Part shown: piece after piece, positions 10,854 to 21,381 of the stretch
Position numbering within the stretch: the first letter of the stretch is position 1
Layout of the letters: the number at the start of each line of letters is the position of its first letter
DNA from: Pseudothermotoga sp.
GTDB lineage: Bacteria; Thermotogota; Thermotogae; Thermotogales; DSM-5069
Assembly (NCBI GenBank): GCA_031962025.1
Contig: JAVRKW010000001.1
Direction: 5' to 3' (one strand)
DNA length: 64,000 bases
The notes under the pieces: generated by a model
The model's input: the letters and a program-made list of their open reading frames with translations, nothing else
Databases searched by the model: none
Told to the model about the DNA's origin: nothing
Made by a program: the position numbers and the translations under genes

Positions 10854-11943
10854 CCTTAAGCACCTCTTTCGAAAAAATGTATGCAAGCTCCCTGGCATTA
10901 GCTTCCATGATGTCCTCTGGGACTCTTTGACCATTGGTGATAAAGGCAATCGGAGCATTACTCGTCTGTGGTACATTTATTATATGCCCATATGATTTTG
11001 TCTCATCCATTTTTGTGAGAATCACATGTGTATACTTTGCAACGGCAAAACGGTTCATGATATCTTTGAAATCTGAATACTTGCAGTTCATACTCGCGAC
11101 TAAAAAGCAGATATGCGGTGAGATTGTTTCAACAAGCGCTTTCAACTCGCTCATCTGTATGTCGTTGTTTTGACTTCTGCCGGCAGTATCCACCAGAATG
11201 GTATCAAAATCCTGCATGGCGTCGAGTTCCAGTCTTGCTTCTTTTGGTGTATAAGCCACTCTCATTGGTATATCCATGATTGTGGCGTAGGTTTTCAACT
11301 GCTCCGTAGCTGCTATTCGATAAGTGTCAAGCGTGAGAATTGCTATTTGTTTTTTCTCAACGAGCTTCAGTTTTGCCGCGAGTTTTGCCAGAGTCGTCGT
11401 TTTACCAACGCCGGTTGGTCCTACAAGCAGTACTACTTTCTGAAGTTGCGGTACTTCGGTTTTCATAAAAGGTATTATGTATTCAGCGAGTTTTTGTCTA
11501 AAAGTTTCGTCAATCTCAACGTCGCCGTATGCTATTCTTATATATTCAATGATTCTATTTATGACCGACGGGTCAACGTCCTGGCTTTGAAGGGCTCTGA
11601 AAAGTTTCTGGATATTTTGGGGAAGATCACTCTGCCTGTTCAGACTCAAAATCGATTTCATTTCCTGAATCATCTGCTTGAGTTCTCTTATTTCCTCATC
11701 CTGACGCTTTTCTTTGTTTTTCACCAGCAGTTCCTGAAACTTGTAAACATCGTTGCTCTCAGCTCTGTAAGGCTTGTCTTCGCAGACGGCAGTAACCTCC
11801 AGATATCTTTTGGCACCTATTCCCAAAAATCCACCTTTTCGAACACTTCGGGTGCTCAGTATAACGGCATCCTCACCCAAATCTCTTTTGATCTGTTCGA
11901 GGGCTTCTTTTATGTCGTTGACCATGTATTTTTTAACCTTCAC
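10837..11943 (-). CDS. flhF: Flagellar SRP-type GTPase FlhF
   Basis: GPTGVGKTTT, DTYR, DTAGRS, TKMDET, GQRVPED. Confidence 0.95.
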   Translation of the reverse strand: MKVKKYMVNDIKEALEQIKRDLGEDAVILSTRSVRKGGFLGIGAKRYLEVTAVCEDKPYRAESNDVYKFQELLVKNKEKRQDEEIRELKQMIQEMKSILSLNRQSDLPQNIQKLFRALQSQDVDPSVINRIIEYIRIAYGDVEIDETFRQKLAEYIIPFMKTEVPQLQKVVLLVGPTGVGKTTTLAKLAAKLKLVEKKQIAILTLDTYRIAATEQLKTYATIMDIPMRVAYTPKEARLELDAMQDFDTILVDTAGRSQNNDIQMSELKALVETISPHICFLVASMNCKYSDFKDIMNRFAVAKYTHVILTKMDETKSYGHIINVPQTSNAPIAFITNGQRVPEDIMEANARELAYIFSKEVLKVAQSS

Positions 11944-13982
11944 AGCCTGACCACACCCTCTATTTGAACTGTTACATCGTCCGGAAGCTCTTCATATGCT
12001 ATGGTTGGTACATTGGGAAGAAATCTCCTTATAGTTGATGAAAGATACGGTCTTATAGCACTGGAGCAAACAACAACCGGGGAAAAACCTTTTTTCATAA
12101 GACCTTCAAGTTGCTTTGAAGTCTTTTCCATCAGTTCTCTGAGAATCTGTGGATTGAGTGCAATTTTCTTTTCTCCGTTGAAGTCCTGTATGGAATCCAG
12201 TATCCTCTTTTCCAGCTCATGGTCAAAGGCTACGGCGTGCACTTTGCCATCGTCAGAGACCACTGACTGTACTATCTGACGTCTCAGTGCCCTTCTGACC
12301 TGCTCAACAAGATAGGTCATATCTGTTGATTTTTCACCATATTCCAGCAAAGTCTCGAAGATCAATGGAAGATTTCTTATGGATATCGCTTCACTCAAAA
12401 GCTTTTGCAAAATCTTTTTCACATCTGCCTGTTTCAGAACAGTTGGCATCAGGTCGCTGACAAGCTGTGGAAATTTTTCCTTCAGTCCATCGATCAACAT
12501 GTTGAATTCTCTTGCACCAAGTAGATCCGGTGCATTTCTTTTTAATACCTCTGTTAAATGAGTTGCAAACACCGTTGGTGGATCGACGACTGTATAGCCA
12601 AGCCTTGTTGCTTCATCCTTGCGAGATGGCTCAATCCAGAAAGCTGTCAGTGAGAAAGCCGGTTCTTTTGTTTGAATACCTGGGATCTTTTCGACAGCCG
12701 TACCTGGGTTTATTGCCAGTAATCTATTTGGCATCAATTCATATCTGGCAACTTCCGCACCTCTTATTTTTATCAAATATTCGTTTGGTTTGAGCAGTAC
12801 GCTGTCTCTTATTCTAACTGGCGAGATGACCAGACCAAGATCGAAGGCTATTTGTTTTCTTATCATTGTCACCCGTTCGAGTAGATCACCGCCCTGGGCT
12901 GGATCTGCAAGCGGGAGCAAGCCATAACCGATCTCGATTTCCACCGTATCTGTTTGAAGCACCTCGGCAACTTCCTGTGGCGTGGTCAGAATGGGTTTTG
13001 TCGGTGCAGCAGCCGCTGGACCTATAGGTGCAGGCGAAACCGGTTGAGGAGCAGCTCGAGCTGTGTAAATGGCAAGTGCAATGAAGATAATACCGATGAC
13101 GGTACTCGTTAAAGGTAGTGGCGTGACGATGCCCAAGAATGCCAGTATCACGCCTGTTATGATTATCACCTTTCTTTCTGAAGAAAGTTCTTTCACAAGG
13201 TCCTGTCCGAGATTTTCCTTGGATGCCGCTCTTGAAACGAGAATACCGGTAGCCGTTGAAACGAGTAAGGCGGGAATTTGTGAAACCAGGCCATCTCCAA
13301 CGGTCAGAAGTGTGTAGACCTTTGCCGCGTCGGCAATTGAAAGACCATGCTTTAAAATTCCTATGAGAATACCACCTATTATATTCACAAGCACTATGAT
13401 TATGCTCGCAATGGCATCTCCTCTGACAAATTTCGTCGCACCATCCATTGCACCGTAGAAATCTGCCTCTCTGCGGATCATTTCACGCCTCTGCCTTGCC
13501 TCCTGTTCGCTGATCAGACCTGCATTTAAATCGGCGTCTACGCTCATCTGTTTTCCAGGCATGGCATCGAGTGTAAAACGGGCTGCAACCTCTGCTATTC
13601 TTTCAGCACCACGGGTTATCACAATGAACTGAATTATGACCAGTATTATGAACACCACAAGTCCAACGATGTAATCACCTTTCACAACGAATTCTCCAAA
13701 TGTCCTGATAACCCTTCCCTGAAATTGCTCCCCTTCAATAAGAATCAGCCTTGTTGAAGCCACATTCAATCCGAGTCTGAACAGCGTGATTATGAGTAAC
13801 AGAGTGGGAAAAGATGACATATCCAGAGCATGCTTTATGTACATGGTTGATAGCAAAATCACCAAGGAAAGAGCAATGTTGAGCAGCTGGAAAAAGTCCA
13901 GCATCAAATCGGGAATAGGTAATATCATCAAAAAAACTATTGCCACTATGAGAACGGCAACAAAAATATCCACATTCTTCAT
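11940..13982 (-). CDS. flhA: Flagellar export gate protein FlhA
   Basis: AEVAARFTLDAMPGKQMSVDADL and FYGAMDGA FHIPEP signature. Confidence 0.97.
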   Translation of the reverse strand: MKNVDIFVAVLIVAIVFLMILPIPDLMLDFFQLLNIALSLVILLSTMYIKHALDMSSFPTLLLIITLFRLGLNVASTRLILIEGEQFQGRVIRTFGEFVVKGDYIVGLVVFIILVIIQFIVITRGAERIAEVAARFTLDAMPGKQMSVDADLNAGLISEQEARQRREMIRREADFYGAMDGATKFVRGDAIASIIIVLVNIIGGILIGILKHGLSIADAAKVYTLLTVGDGLVSQIPALLVSTATGILVSRAASKENLGQDLVKELSSERKVIIITGVILAFLGIVTPLPLTSTVIGIIFIALAIYTARAAPQPVSPAPIGPAAAAPTKPILTTPQEVAEVLQTDTVEIEIGYGLLPLADPAQGGDLLERVTMIRKQIAFDLGLVISPVRIRDSVLLKPNEYLIKIRGAEVARYELMPNRLLAINPGTAVEKIPGIQTKEPAFSLTAFWIEPSRKDEATRLGYTVVDPPTVFATHLTEVLKRNAPDLLGAREFNMLIDGLKEKFPQLVSDLMPTVLKQADVKKILQKLLSEAISIRNLPLIFETLLEYGEKSTDMTYLVEQVRRALRRQIVQSVVSDDGKVHAVAFDHELEKRILDSIQDFNGEKKIALNPQILRELMEKTSKQLEGLMKKGFSPVVVCSSAIRPYLSSTIRRFLPNVPTIAYEELPDDVTVQIEGVVRL

Positions 13983-14004
13983 CAGGGCACTCCCTTAATA
14001 CTAA

Positions 14005-14013
14005 ATTATACCA
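14005..14013 (-). promoter_or_regulatory. Extended -10 promoter element upstream of flhA
   Basis: TGgTATAAT on the minus strand in the flhB-flhA gap; no clear -35. Confidence 0.55.
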
Positions 14014-14029
14014 AATATGAAACTAATCA

Positions 14030-15160
14030 CTATCGCAGAGAATAAACATAGGCAAGTATCTCGGCGACTGCTCTATAGAGCCCTGATGGAATCTGTTCTC
14101 CGATATCTGTCATTTTATAAAGCTGGCGGGCAACTTCGGGGTTTTGAACAACTGGTATACCATTTTGCCTTGCTATCTCAACTATCTTTTTTGCGATCTC
14201 ATCTGTACCCTTTGCTAAAACAACTGGTGCTTCCATTTCATCTGGATCGTACTTCAAAGCTACCGCGATATGTGTGGGGTTTGTGATTACAACATCTGCC
14301 TGTGGTACCTGCTGAAGCATTCTTCCCCTGGACAACCTTGCCATGATTTCTCTCTGCCTTCTTTTTATTTCTGGACTACCTTCGATTTCTCGATACTCTT
14401 CTTTCAGTTCCTGCTTTGTCATGCGTATACTCTTTTCAAATTCCCACCTTTGATAAAAATAGTCAATAATTGCCAGCACAAGCAGGGCAATTGAACACTT
14501 GAGCATCACTTCATATACTAAGTTGAATATGAACTTCATTGAATCACTCAATTGTACGTCTGAATAGAGACTGAATGAATTGAACTTTGGTTTGATCACA
14601 GTGTATGCCACATAGCCTACGATGATCATCTTGAATATAGATTTTGCAAGTTCAAAAAGACTTCTTGTTGAAAACATTCGTTTGAATCCCTCTATTGGAT
14701 TTATCCTTTTTAAATCGGCTTTTAATGGTTTAAAAGACAAAAGAAAGCGCGTTTGCATCGCACCAATGACAATTCCAGAGATTGCTATTGAAAAAAACAA
14801 AACAGCAAGCATCAGTAGAACATTATTGAATATATGATAAGTCCTGGATGAAATATCATCCAAAAAATCAAAACCATCCAAGGATAAAAAAGGAATACTG
14901 CCCAAGATCGAAAAATCAATCAGCCTTTGCATGATGAATTTCATAACAATGGTTCCAGTCAAAAAGGAGACTGCCATGTTGAGTTCTCTGGATACGGCTA
15001 CTTGTCCTTCCTCACGAGCCTTTCTTCGCCTTCTCGGTGTGGGTTTTTCAGTTCTCTCAGGGTCTGCGAACAGTTGAAGATCTATTTTGAAAGTACCTGA
15101 ATGAAATAATCTAAGAAATTTATGGTCTTGTTCGCTATCTGGGAAAAGACATCTGCCCAT
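14030..15160 (-). CDS. flhB: Flagellar export protein FlhB
   Basis: LQLFADPERTEKPT, NPTH autocleavage motif; start uncertain (79-nt overlap with fliR). Confidence 0.95.
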   Translation of the reverse strand: MGRCLFPDSEQDHKFLRLFHSGTFKIDLQLFADPERTEKPTPRRRRKAREEGQVAVSRELNMAVSFLTGTIVMKFIMQRLIDFSILGSIPFLSLDGFDFLDDISSRTYHIFNNVLLMLAVLFFSIAISGIVIGAMQTRFLLSFKPLKADLKRINPIEGFKRMFSTRSLFELAKSIFKMIIVGYVAYTVIKPKFNSFSLYSDVQLSDSMKFIFNLVYEVMLKCSIALLVLAIIDYFYQRWEFEKSIRMTKQELKEEYREIEGSPEIKRRQREIMARLSRGRMLQQVPQADVVITNPTHIAVALKYDPDEMEAPVVLAKGTDEIAKKIVEIARQNGIPVVQNPEVARQLYKMTDIGEQIPSGLYRAVAEILAYVYSLR

Positions 15161-15858
15161 ATCGGTATCATCCCCACAAAGAGTATAAAACCAACCAGTA
15201 CCTGCAATGGCATACCAACCATGAAAACATTCATCTGCGGTACAAGCCTTGATACTATACCAAGGGCTATAGAGACGACAAGCATGAATCCTATGATTGG
15301 CAATCCTATCTTCATCGCTATTTCAAACATTTCGGTGGTCTTGCTGGTCAGGATGCTGACAAAATCAAAATTGGTGATCGTTCTGGACAGTGGAACAATT
15401 CTGAGTGAATCAACGACAGCCTGATAGACCAATAGATGACCTTTGAGTGAAACAAAAACGTACAGACCGAGTATGTACAGAAGCTCTCCCTGAAGAGGTA
15501 CTTCCTCTCTCTGCGGGTCGAAAACCGACGACATAGCAAAACCCATCTGTGTTCCAAATATCTCACCTGAAACGCTCAGTGCAACAACTGGAAGCAGGGC
15601 TAAAAAACCTATGGCAAGTCCAAAAGTGTAGTTGCTGAAGATCGCAAGTACGATTTGCAAAACAGGTGTGTTCAGAGCTATGGATTCATTCACCACAGGT
15701 AAAGATGTCCAGCTCAGAAAGATTACTAAAAGGATCTTCACCTGGACTGGCAAAAACCAGTCACCGAAGAACGGTGCTATTGTGAACATACCAGCCGTTC
15801 GTGTTACTATCAGGATCCAGCATATAAACTTCGTCTCAAGAAATTCCCTTAGATCCAA
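15082..15858 (-). CDS. fliR: Flagellar export protein FliR
   Basis: Hydrophobic; GTQMGF...FDP and RLVPQMNVF motifs. Confidence 0.93.
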   Translation of the reverse strand: MDLREFLETKFICWILIVTRTAGMFTIAPFFGDWFLPVQVKILLVIFLSWTSLPVVNESIALNTPVLQIVLAIFSNYTFGLAIGFLALLPVVALSVSGEIFGTQMGFAMSSVFDPQREEVPLQGELLYILGLYVFVSLKGHLLVYQAVVDSLRIVPLSRTITNFDFVSILTSKTTEMFEIAMKIGLPIIGFMLVVSIALGIVSRLVPQMNVFMVGMPLQVLVGFILFVGMIPIWADVFSQIANKTINFLDYFIQVLSK

Positions 15859-15859
15859 A

Positions 15860-16126
15860 TCAGATCATTCCAATCAACTTTTCCCACATCTCTTGAGCGT
15901 ACTCAATGAGCTTCTGAAACATCCAGCTTCCCAAAAATGTTATGGTTAAAAGCATGAGTATTATCTTCGGCGCAAAGGTTAATGTCTGTTCGTGTATCTG
16001 GGTGACTGCCTGGAAAATACTTATGACTAATCCAACGATCAGGCTCACCAGCAAAACAGGTGTTATTACAACTATGACTGTCTGAATACCATCTTTGAAT
16101 GCGTCTACAAAAAGCTCAAGAGTCGT
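15860..16126 (-). CDS. fliQ: Flagellar export protein FliQ (88 aa, apparent ACG start)
   Basis: QAVTQIHEQTLTFAPK motif; the frame extends 24 codons above the called TTG to ACG-ACT-CTT-GAG, 7 nt after GAGGTG. Confidence 0.88.
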   Translation of the reverse strand, partial: TTLELFVDAFKDGIQTVIVVITPVLLVSLIVGLVISIFQAVTQIHEQTLTFAPKIILMLLTITFLGSWMFQKLIEYAQEMWEKLIGMI

Positions 16127-16132
16127 ATCGAA

Positions 16133-16885
16133 TCACCTCGCAAAACTTTTTATCAAGCCTGCTACAACTAAATCCCAGCCGTTCACTGCTATGAACAGCA
16201 ATACCTTGAATGGAAGTGAGATCAGCACAGGTGGAATCATGATCATACCCATACCAAGTAATACACTTGCAACAACCATATCTATGACGATGAAAGGAAT
16301 GTACAGCAAAACGCCCATCTTGAAACCAAGTTCCAGTTCACCGAGCACAAAGGCAGGTATGATTATTGTATTGGGGATATCATCGATCTTGTCATACTTC
16401 TGTCCGACACTCGATGCAAGCAAAAATGCATTGTCTTCGTTGTGGTGGTTTACCAGTTCATTTACCATGAAAACACGAACCCTTTGCATCATTCTCGAAA
16501 AAAGTTCCTGATAACCTATCTCTCCCTTCATATAGGGTGTAATTGCTTTGTTGTATATATCAGACCAAACGGGTTGCATGATGAAGAACGTCAAAAAAAG
16601 TGCCAGACCCACGAGAACCTGTGAAGGAGGAGTTTGTCTTGTACCAAGAGCGTTTCTCAAAAATGAAAATGCGACGATTATCCTTGTGAATGATGTAAAA
16701 AGGATTATTATACTCGGTGCCAGACTCAATATCGTTAAAACAAGGAGAATTTCAAGAGTTACAACTAAATCTCTTTGATTTTGAGCCGGTGAGATTCCTA
16801 TGCTGATCGAAGGAAATGGCAACTCTTCCTGAGGAAGGATCAAGGTTGGCAGAAGAATAAGTATCAGTACCAGAACTTTTCTCAT
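16133..16885 (-). CDS. fliP: Flagellar export protein FliP
   Basis: TSFTRI, LRNALGTRQTPP, LPFKVLLF motifs. Confidence 0.96.
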   Translation of the reverse strand: MRKVLVLILILLPTLILPQEELPFPSISIGISPAQNQRDLVVTLEILLVLTILSLAPSIIILFTSFTRIIVAFSFLRNALGTRQTPPSQVLVGLALFLTFFIMQPVWSDIYNKAITPYMKGEIGYQELFSRMMQRVRVFMVNELVNHHNEDNAFLLASSVGQKYDKIDDIPNTIIIPAFVLGELELGFKMGVLLYIPFIVIDMVVASVLLGMGMIMIPPVLISLPFKVLLFIAVNGWDLVVAGLIKSFAR

Positions 16886-17211
16886 TTTTCTTCTTTTCCT
16901 TTCTCGCGCCTTCCAAGTTTTCTAAAAAGCATTTGCGAGAAACTTTCAACCTGCTCCAATTGACCCACATCATTCTGCGATAGTTCCTTGAGAACAGTTG
17001 CACTATTTGGTGTAACAAGCAGGAAAAAATAATTTTCCATGATTTTAACCAGAACTATTGAGCAGTTTTTATCCACGTAGTACCTCTCGAGTATCTTTAT
17101 ATTTCTCGAGGCACCAAAAACATTTCGTCTTTTGACGATAAAATACACTATGGCGAGAAATACTATCAAAAAGGTGAAAGCCAGGAGCACCTGTAAAAAG
17201 AGCGATCCTAT
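16882..17211 (-). CDS. fliO: FliO/FliZ-like flagellar protein (start ATA 17211 or GTG 17190)
   Basis: N-terminal transmembrane helix plus beta-rich domain, between cheY and fliP. Confidence 0.7.
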   Translation of the reverse strand: MGSLFLQVLLAFTFLIVFLAIVYFIVKRRNVFGASRNIKILERYYVDKNCSIVLVKIMENYFFLLVTPNSATVLKELSQNDVGQLEQVESFSQMLFRKLGRREKGKEEK

Positions 17212-17225
17212 TCATCCCACCTCGA

Positions 17226-17585
17226 TCAACCGACTTTTTGAAGGGCTTCCACAACCCTGCTGTGCTGGAATGGCTTTACAATAAAATCTTTTGCTCCAGC
17301 CTGAATAGCTTCTATCACCATAGCCTGCTGTCCCATGGCACTGCATACGATGATTTTAGCATCCGGTGCAAATTCTCTGATCTTTTTTATTGCATCAATA
17401 CCGTTCATTTCGGGCATAGTGATGTCCATTGTGACTATATCTGGTTTCAATTCTTTGAATTTCTCAACAGCTTCAACTCCATTCGCTGCCTCTCCGACAA
17501 CTTCATAGCCGGCTTTGGTTATTATGTCCTTAAGGAGCATTCTCATGAACGCGGCATCGTCAACTATCAGTACTCGTTTTGCCAT
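17226..17585 (-). CDS. cheY: Chemotaxis response regulator CheY
   Basis: VDDAAFMR, MDITMPEMNG, DFIVKPF. Confidence 0.95.
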   Translation of the reverse strand: MAKRVLIVDDAAFMRMLLKDIITKAGYEVVGEAANGVEAVEKFKELKPDIVTMDITMPEMNGIDAIKKIREFAPDAKIIVCSAMGQQAMVIEAIQAGAKDFIVKPFQHSRVVEALQKVG

Positions 17586-18046
17586 TACCATACCCCCTCA
17601 CTACTGTATTCTCCAACGGCGATTAACTCGCCAAGTATTCTTTCCAGGTTTAGATAAACTATCAATTCCTCATTTTTCTTGATGATACCCTTGCATTTTT
17701 CACCAAATTTTGCAAGCTCTTGCAATTTTTCAACTTCAGCCACGTCACACCGTAAAACACCCTTGACCTTGTTCACCAAGAAACCGACTTCGATTTCTTC
17801 CCAGTTAACGACAACGACTTTTTCATCCTGTGATTTTTCACAGTTGATTTCTAACAGCATTCCCAGATCTATCACAGGTACGATTCTTCCACGCAAGTTC
17901 ATGACACCGAGGACAGTTTTTTTCGATCTCGGTACAGGTGTTATATCTGGTTTCTCTATGACCATACTCACATGTTCAACATCGAACGCCATCTCTTGAC
18001 CACCAACATCGAATACAAATACCTCAAATTCCGTTTCGTTTTGCAT
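17585..18046 (-). CDS. cheW: Chemotaxis adaptor CheW
   Basis: TPVP...GVMNLRGRIVPVIDL; ATG 18046 behind GGGAGG. Confidence 0.93.
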   Translation of the reverse strand: MQNETEFEVFVFDVGGQEMAFDVEHVSMVIEKPDITPVPRSKKTVLGVMNLRGRIVPVIDLGMLLEINCEKSQDEKVVVVNWEEIEVGFLVNKVKGVLRCDVAEVEKLQELAKFGEKCKGIIKKNEELIVYLNLERILGELIAVGEYSSEGVW

Positions 18047-18062
18047 AAGATCCCTCCCAAAG

Positions 18063-20051
18063 TCAGGCAATATTGGCTACATCGAGTATCAGGGCTATAC
18101 TGCCATCTCCAAGTATCGCACCGCCACTGAAAATTCTGACATCACTGAAAATTTTACCAAGAGACTTAATCACTATGTCTTCCTGACCGATCAGTGTATC
18201 AACTGCCAAACCGTATTTTCTATTCCCAACTCTGACTATAACTGTGTTGTATATGGTGTCTTCTGATTGATGTGGTAGTTCAAGTATATCCCACAATTTC
18301 ACAATAGGAATTATCTCACCTCTTATGACCGAGACCTGTTTATCTTGAATCCTTTGAATTTGATCTTTTGTTATACTCAGCGTACTGTCGATGTTCGCAA
18401 TTGGTATAGCGTAAACAAAATCGTTGACCTTCACCAAGAGTGCCTGAATTATCGCAAGTGTCAGAGGCAATCTCACTGTCACTGTCGTTCCCTTGTTTTT
18501 CACACTTTCTATACTCACAGTTCCATTCAGAGACTCAACGACATTTTTGACCACATCCAGTCCAACACCGCGTCCAGAGAGTTCTGTGGTTTCGGTTTTT
18601 GTTGAAAAACCCGGCATGAAAAGAAATTCATATATCTTCTCATCGGGTAGAGATTCAGCCTGTGCTTCGGTTATCAATCCTTTTTCGACGGCTTTTTTGA
18701 TGACCGCTGATCTGTCGATTCCACGTCCATCATCTTTGACTTCGATAACCACGTTATTGCCCTCATGTCTGGCTGAAAGTACGACAGTTCCGACAGGTGG
18801 TTTTCCCTTAGCCAGACGTTCTTCTTTTGACTCTAAACCATGATCTATTGCATTTCTGAGCATGTGCAGCAGTGGTTCACCTATATCTTCAACGAATGTT
18901 CTGTCTAATTCTGTATCTTCTCCTTCAACAATGAAATTGATCTCCTTATTCAGTTGCTTTGCCAGATCTCTGACCATTCTCGGGAATCTGTTGAACACAA
19001 ATGATATTGGCACCATTCTTATTTTCATTACAACATTTTGCAAATCTAGACTTATTCTGTTCAACTGTGAAAGGCTTTCATCGACTTCTTTTATGCTGTA
19101 TTTTCTGAGTGTATCGGCTATCCTGCTTCTTGATATTACAAGTTCTCCCATCAGGTTCATCAGGTTATCCAGTTTATCGATATCGACGCGGACAGTTTGA
19201 GTGAGTCTTATTCTTTCTTTTGTGGGTTGAGTCTTGATCTGTTGCTGTTTGGTATCAATTTGAACTGTTTCTGACTCTATCGGCTTTTCATGCGAAATGT
19301 CCTGGATAGTCACCTTCTCTATCTCAGATATAGACATCAACATGTTTCGCAAAGCTTCCTTTTCCTCCTTGATTACTATGATCAACTGTACATCTCTATC
19401 GAACTTTTCCTGCTCGATATCTTCAACAGACGGCTTAGAACTGAGAATCTGTCCTCCATGATCTTCAATGGCTTTGAAAACCATGTACATTCTAACTGCC
19501 TTGAATTGCGTACCCTCAGCCAGCGTGATGGTCAATTGGTAAGCGTTGTATCCTTCCTTTGCTGCCTGAGCGATGACTTTTTCAACTGATTCAGAGATAT
19601 CTTTAGAAACCTGAGCCTGGGTCGATTGCTCAGCAGGAACTTCTTTTGTTTCTGTCTCTGTTTCTGTTCCTGACGAGAGTACTTCAAAGCTCTGTGCAAA
19701 TTCAGCAACATCGAGTTCTTGTAACTGATCTGTCCCGTTTTTTGATATGGAATTTATCATCTTTTCAAGCACATCCACACCAACAAAAAGTCGATCCAGC
19801 ATCTTTGAATCGAGTATGACCTTTTTACTCCTTATTCTGTCAAGTAATTGTTCCATCTTGTGGCAGAGTTTTGACATCGTTTCAAAACCCATTGTACCTG
19901 ACATACCCTTCAATGTGTGAAGCGCTCTGAATGTCTCATTTATTGCTTCTGAATCCTGATAATTTTTTTCGAGTTTCAGTAGAGAGTCATTGAGTGTCTG
20001 AATGTATTCTTTACTTTCGTCGATAAAAACACCAAGATATTGTTCGTTCAT
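18063..20051 (-). CDS. cheA: Chemotaxis histidine kinase CheA
   Basis: Hpt [29 protein letters not shown]-terminal CheW-like domain; ATG 20051. Confidence 0.96.
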   Translation of the reverse strand: MNEQYLGVFIDESKEYIQTLNDSLLKLEKNYQDSEAINETFRALHTLKGMSGTMGFETMSKLCHKMEQLLDRIRSKKVILDSKMLDRLFVGVDVLEKMINSISKNGTDQLQELDVAEFAQSFEVLSSGTETETETKEVPAEQSTQAQVSKDISESVEKVIAQAAKEGYNAYQLTITLAEGTQFKAVRMYMVFKAIEDHGGQILSSKPSVEDIEQEKFDRDVQLIIVIKEEKEALRNMLMSISEIEKVTIQDISHEKPIESETVQIDTKQQQIKTQPTKERIRLTQTVRVDIDKLDNLMNLMGELVISRSRIADTLRKYSIKEVDESLSQLNRISLDLQNVVMKIRMVPISFVFNRFPRMVRDLAKQLNKEINFIVEGEDTELDRTFVEDIGEPLLHMLRNAIDHGLESKEERLAKGKPPVGTVVLSARHEGNNVVIEVKDDGRGIDRSAVIKKAVEKGLITEAQAESLPDEKIYEFLFMPGFSTKTETTELSGRGVGLDVVKNVVESLNGTVSIESVKNKGTTVTVRLPLTLAIIQALLVKVNDFVYAIPIANIDSTLSITKDQIQRIQDKQVSVIRGEIIPIVKLWDILELPHQSEDTIYNTVIVRVGNRKYGLAVDTLIGQEDIVIKSLGKIFSDVRIFSGGAILGDGSIALILDVANIA

Positions 20052-20089
20052 GGTGATTCCTCCCATCGATCGCTGTGAAGATAATTATA

Positions 20090-21301
20090 TCATGAAATAC
20101 ACTTTAAGATTAAGTACAAACTGTATGCGCAAACTCGCGTTCTGAAGATATTTCTTTCATGTGGATAAAACAGCCTGGTCACCTGCTCTAAGCCATCTGC
20201 AACTACGCAGAGAAAAGCAGTACCCACGGGTTTCTCATCACTTCCCCCGGTCGGTCCTGCTATACCAGAAACCGCGATTGCTAAATCGCTACCTGTAAGT
20301 TCCTTCACCACGTGTGCCATCTGTACAACACATTTTTCACTGACCGCTCCATACTGTGTTAGGATTTCGTCGCTGACCTTTAACAGCTTTTTTTTGACCG
20401 AGTTGTCGTATGCGACGATACCACCAAGAAAAACTTCAGATGCCCCCGGCACGTTTACTATTCTGGAACTTATCATACCACCTGTGCAGGATTCAGCAAT
20501 CGACAGTGTTTTGTTCTTTTCTCTCAAAGCTTTCACCACAGCTTGTTCAAGTGTGATGTTGCCAAAACCTATGAAGTAATCTTTTGCTGCATCAATTAAT
20601 CTTTGCGCAAGATCATTTACTTTTTCCTGGTTTTGTTTTGTAGAAATGAACCTCACTCTTATTCCATCATCATAGGAAGCCTGAGTGGCAATTTTTATTG
20701 CAGGATCTGGTGAGAGTTTCAAAATCATTTCATCAAGGGTTGATTCTGCAATTGAAAAGAACAGCATTGACAGAGTGATTGTTTGTTGTTCGAATTTCAG
20801 CTCATCAAGTACGCTTTCAAACATGGGTTTCAATTCCTGCGGTGGACCTGGCAAAAGGATCAAAATCTTTCCATCGTGATTTATCAACTGACCAGGTGCA
20901 CTGCCCACGTTGTTTGGAAGTATTGTGGCACCTTCGATCACCATTGCCTGTCTGTCGTTATTCATGGCGACGTATTTGTGGTACCGCGAGAGTTTCGTTC
21001 TGATAGAATCTTTAAGTGTTTCGTTTAGTACGAGCCGCCGTTCCAGAACAGTTGCAACAGCCTCGCGAGTCTTATCATCTTCAGTGGGTCCAAGACCACC
21101 ACTGAGAACGATTACGTCCGAATCTTTCATTGCCTGATCAACTGCCTGGACAATATCTTTCAAATCATCATCTACCGCGACAATTCTTTTGACTTTAACA
21201 CCTGACTCTGTCAATCTTTCAGATATGTATTTTGCATTTGTGTTTAGTATGATGCCTTCGACTATTTCACTACCGATTGTTATGATACTGGCAAGTTTCA
21301 T
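20090..21301 (-). CDS. cinA: Competence/damage-inducible protein CinA (MoCF-binding domain plus NMN deamidase PncC domain)
   Basis: GGLGPTEDD, LPGPPQE, AESCTGG, SGIAGPTGG. Confidence 0.92.
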   Translation of the reverse strand: MKLASIITIGSEIVEGIILNTNAKYISERLTESGVKVKRIVAVDDDLKDIVQAVDQAMKDSDVIVLSGGLGPTEDDKTREAVATVLERRLVLNETLKDSIRTKLSRYHKYVAMNNDRQAMVIEGATILPNNVGSAPGQLINHDGKILILLPGPPQELKPMFESVLDELKFEQQTITLSMLFFSIAESTLDEMILKLSPDPAIKIATQASYDDGIRVRFISTKQNQEKVNDLAQRLIDAAKDYFIGFGNITLEQAVVKALREKNKTLSIAESCTGGMISSRIVNVPGASEVFLGGIVAYDNSVKKKLLKVSDEILTQYGAVSEKCVVQMAHVVKELTGSDLAIAVSGIAGPTGGSDEKPVGTAFLCVVADGLEQVTRLFYPHERNIFRTRVCAYSLYLILKCIS

Positions 21302-21381
21302 CGCATGGCCTCCTGACAAAAATTATACAAAAAGAGCAGTCTTTTCAGACTGCTCCAATTACTTTTCACAAATCTTGCAGA

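Noticed and set aside
11170..11967. 265-aa plus-strand ORF, and similar long antisense ORFs such as 30511-31224 and 24900-25448
   Set aside because: Shadow frames of flhF, oppA and murG with no motifs of their own.
16126..16135. Read-through of the fliP TGA giving a FliP-FliQ fusion, since both genes share a frame
   Set aside because: No recoding signal seen, and the well-placed RBS favours separate initiation.
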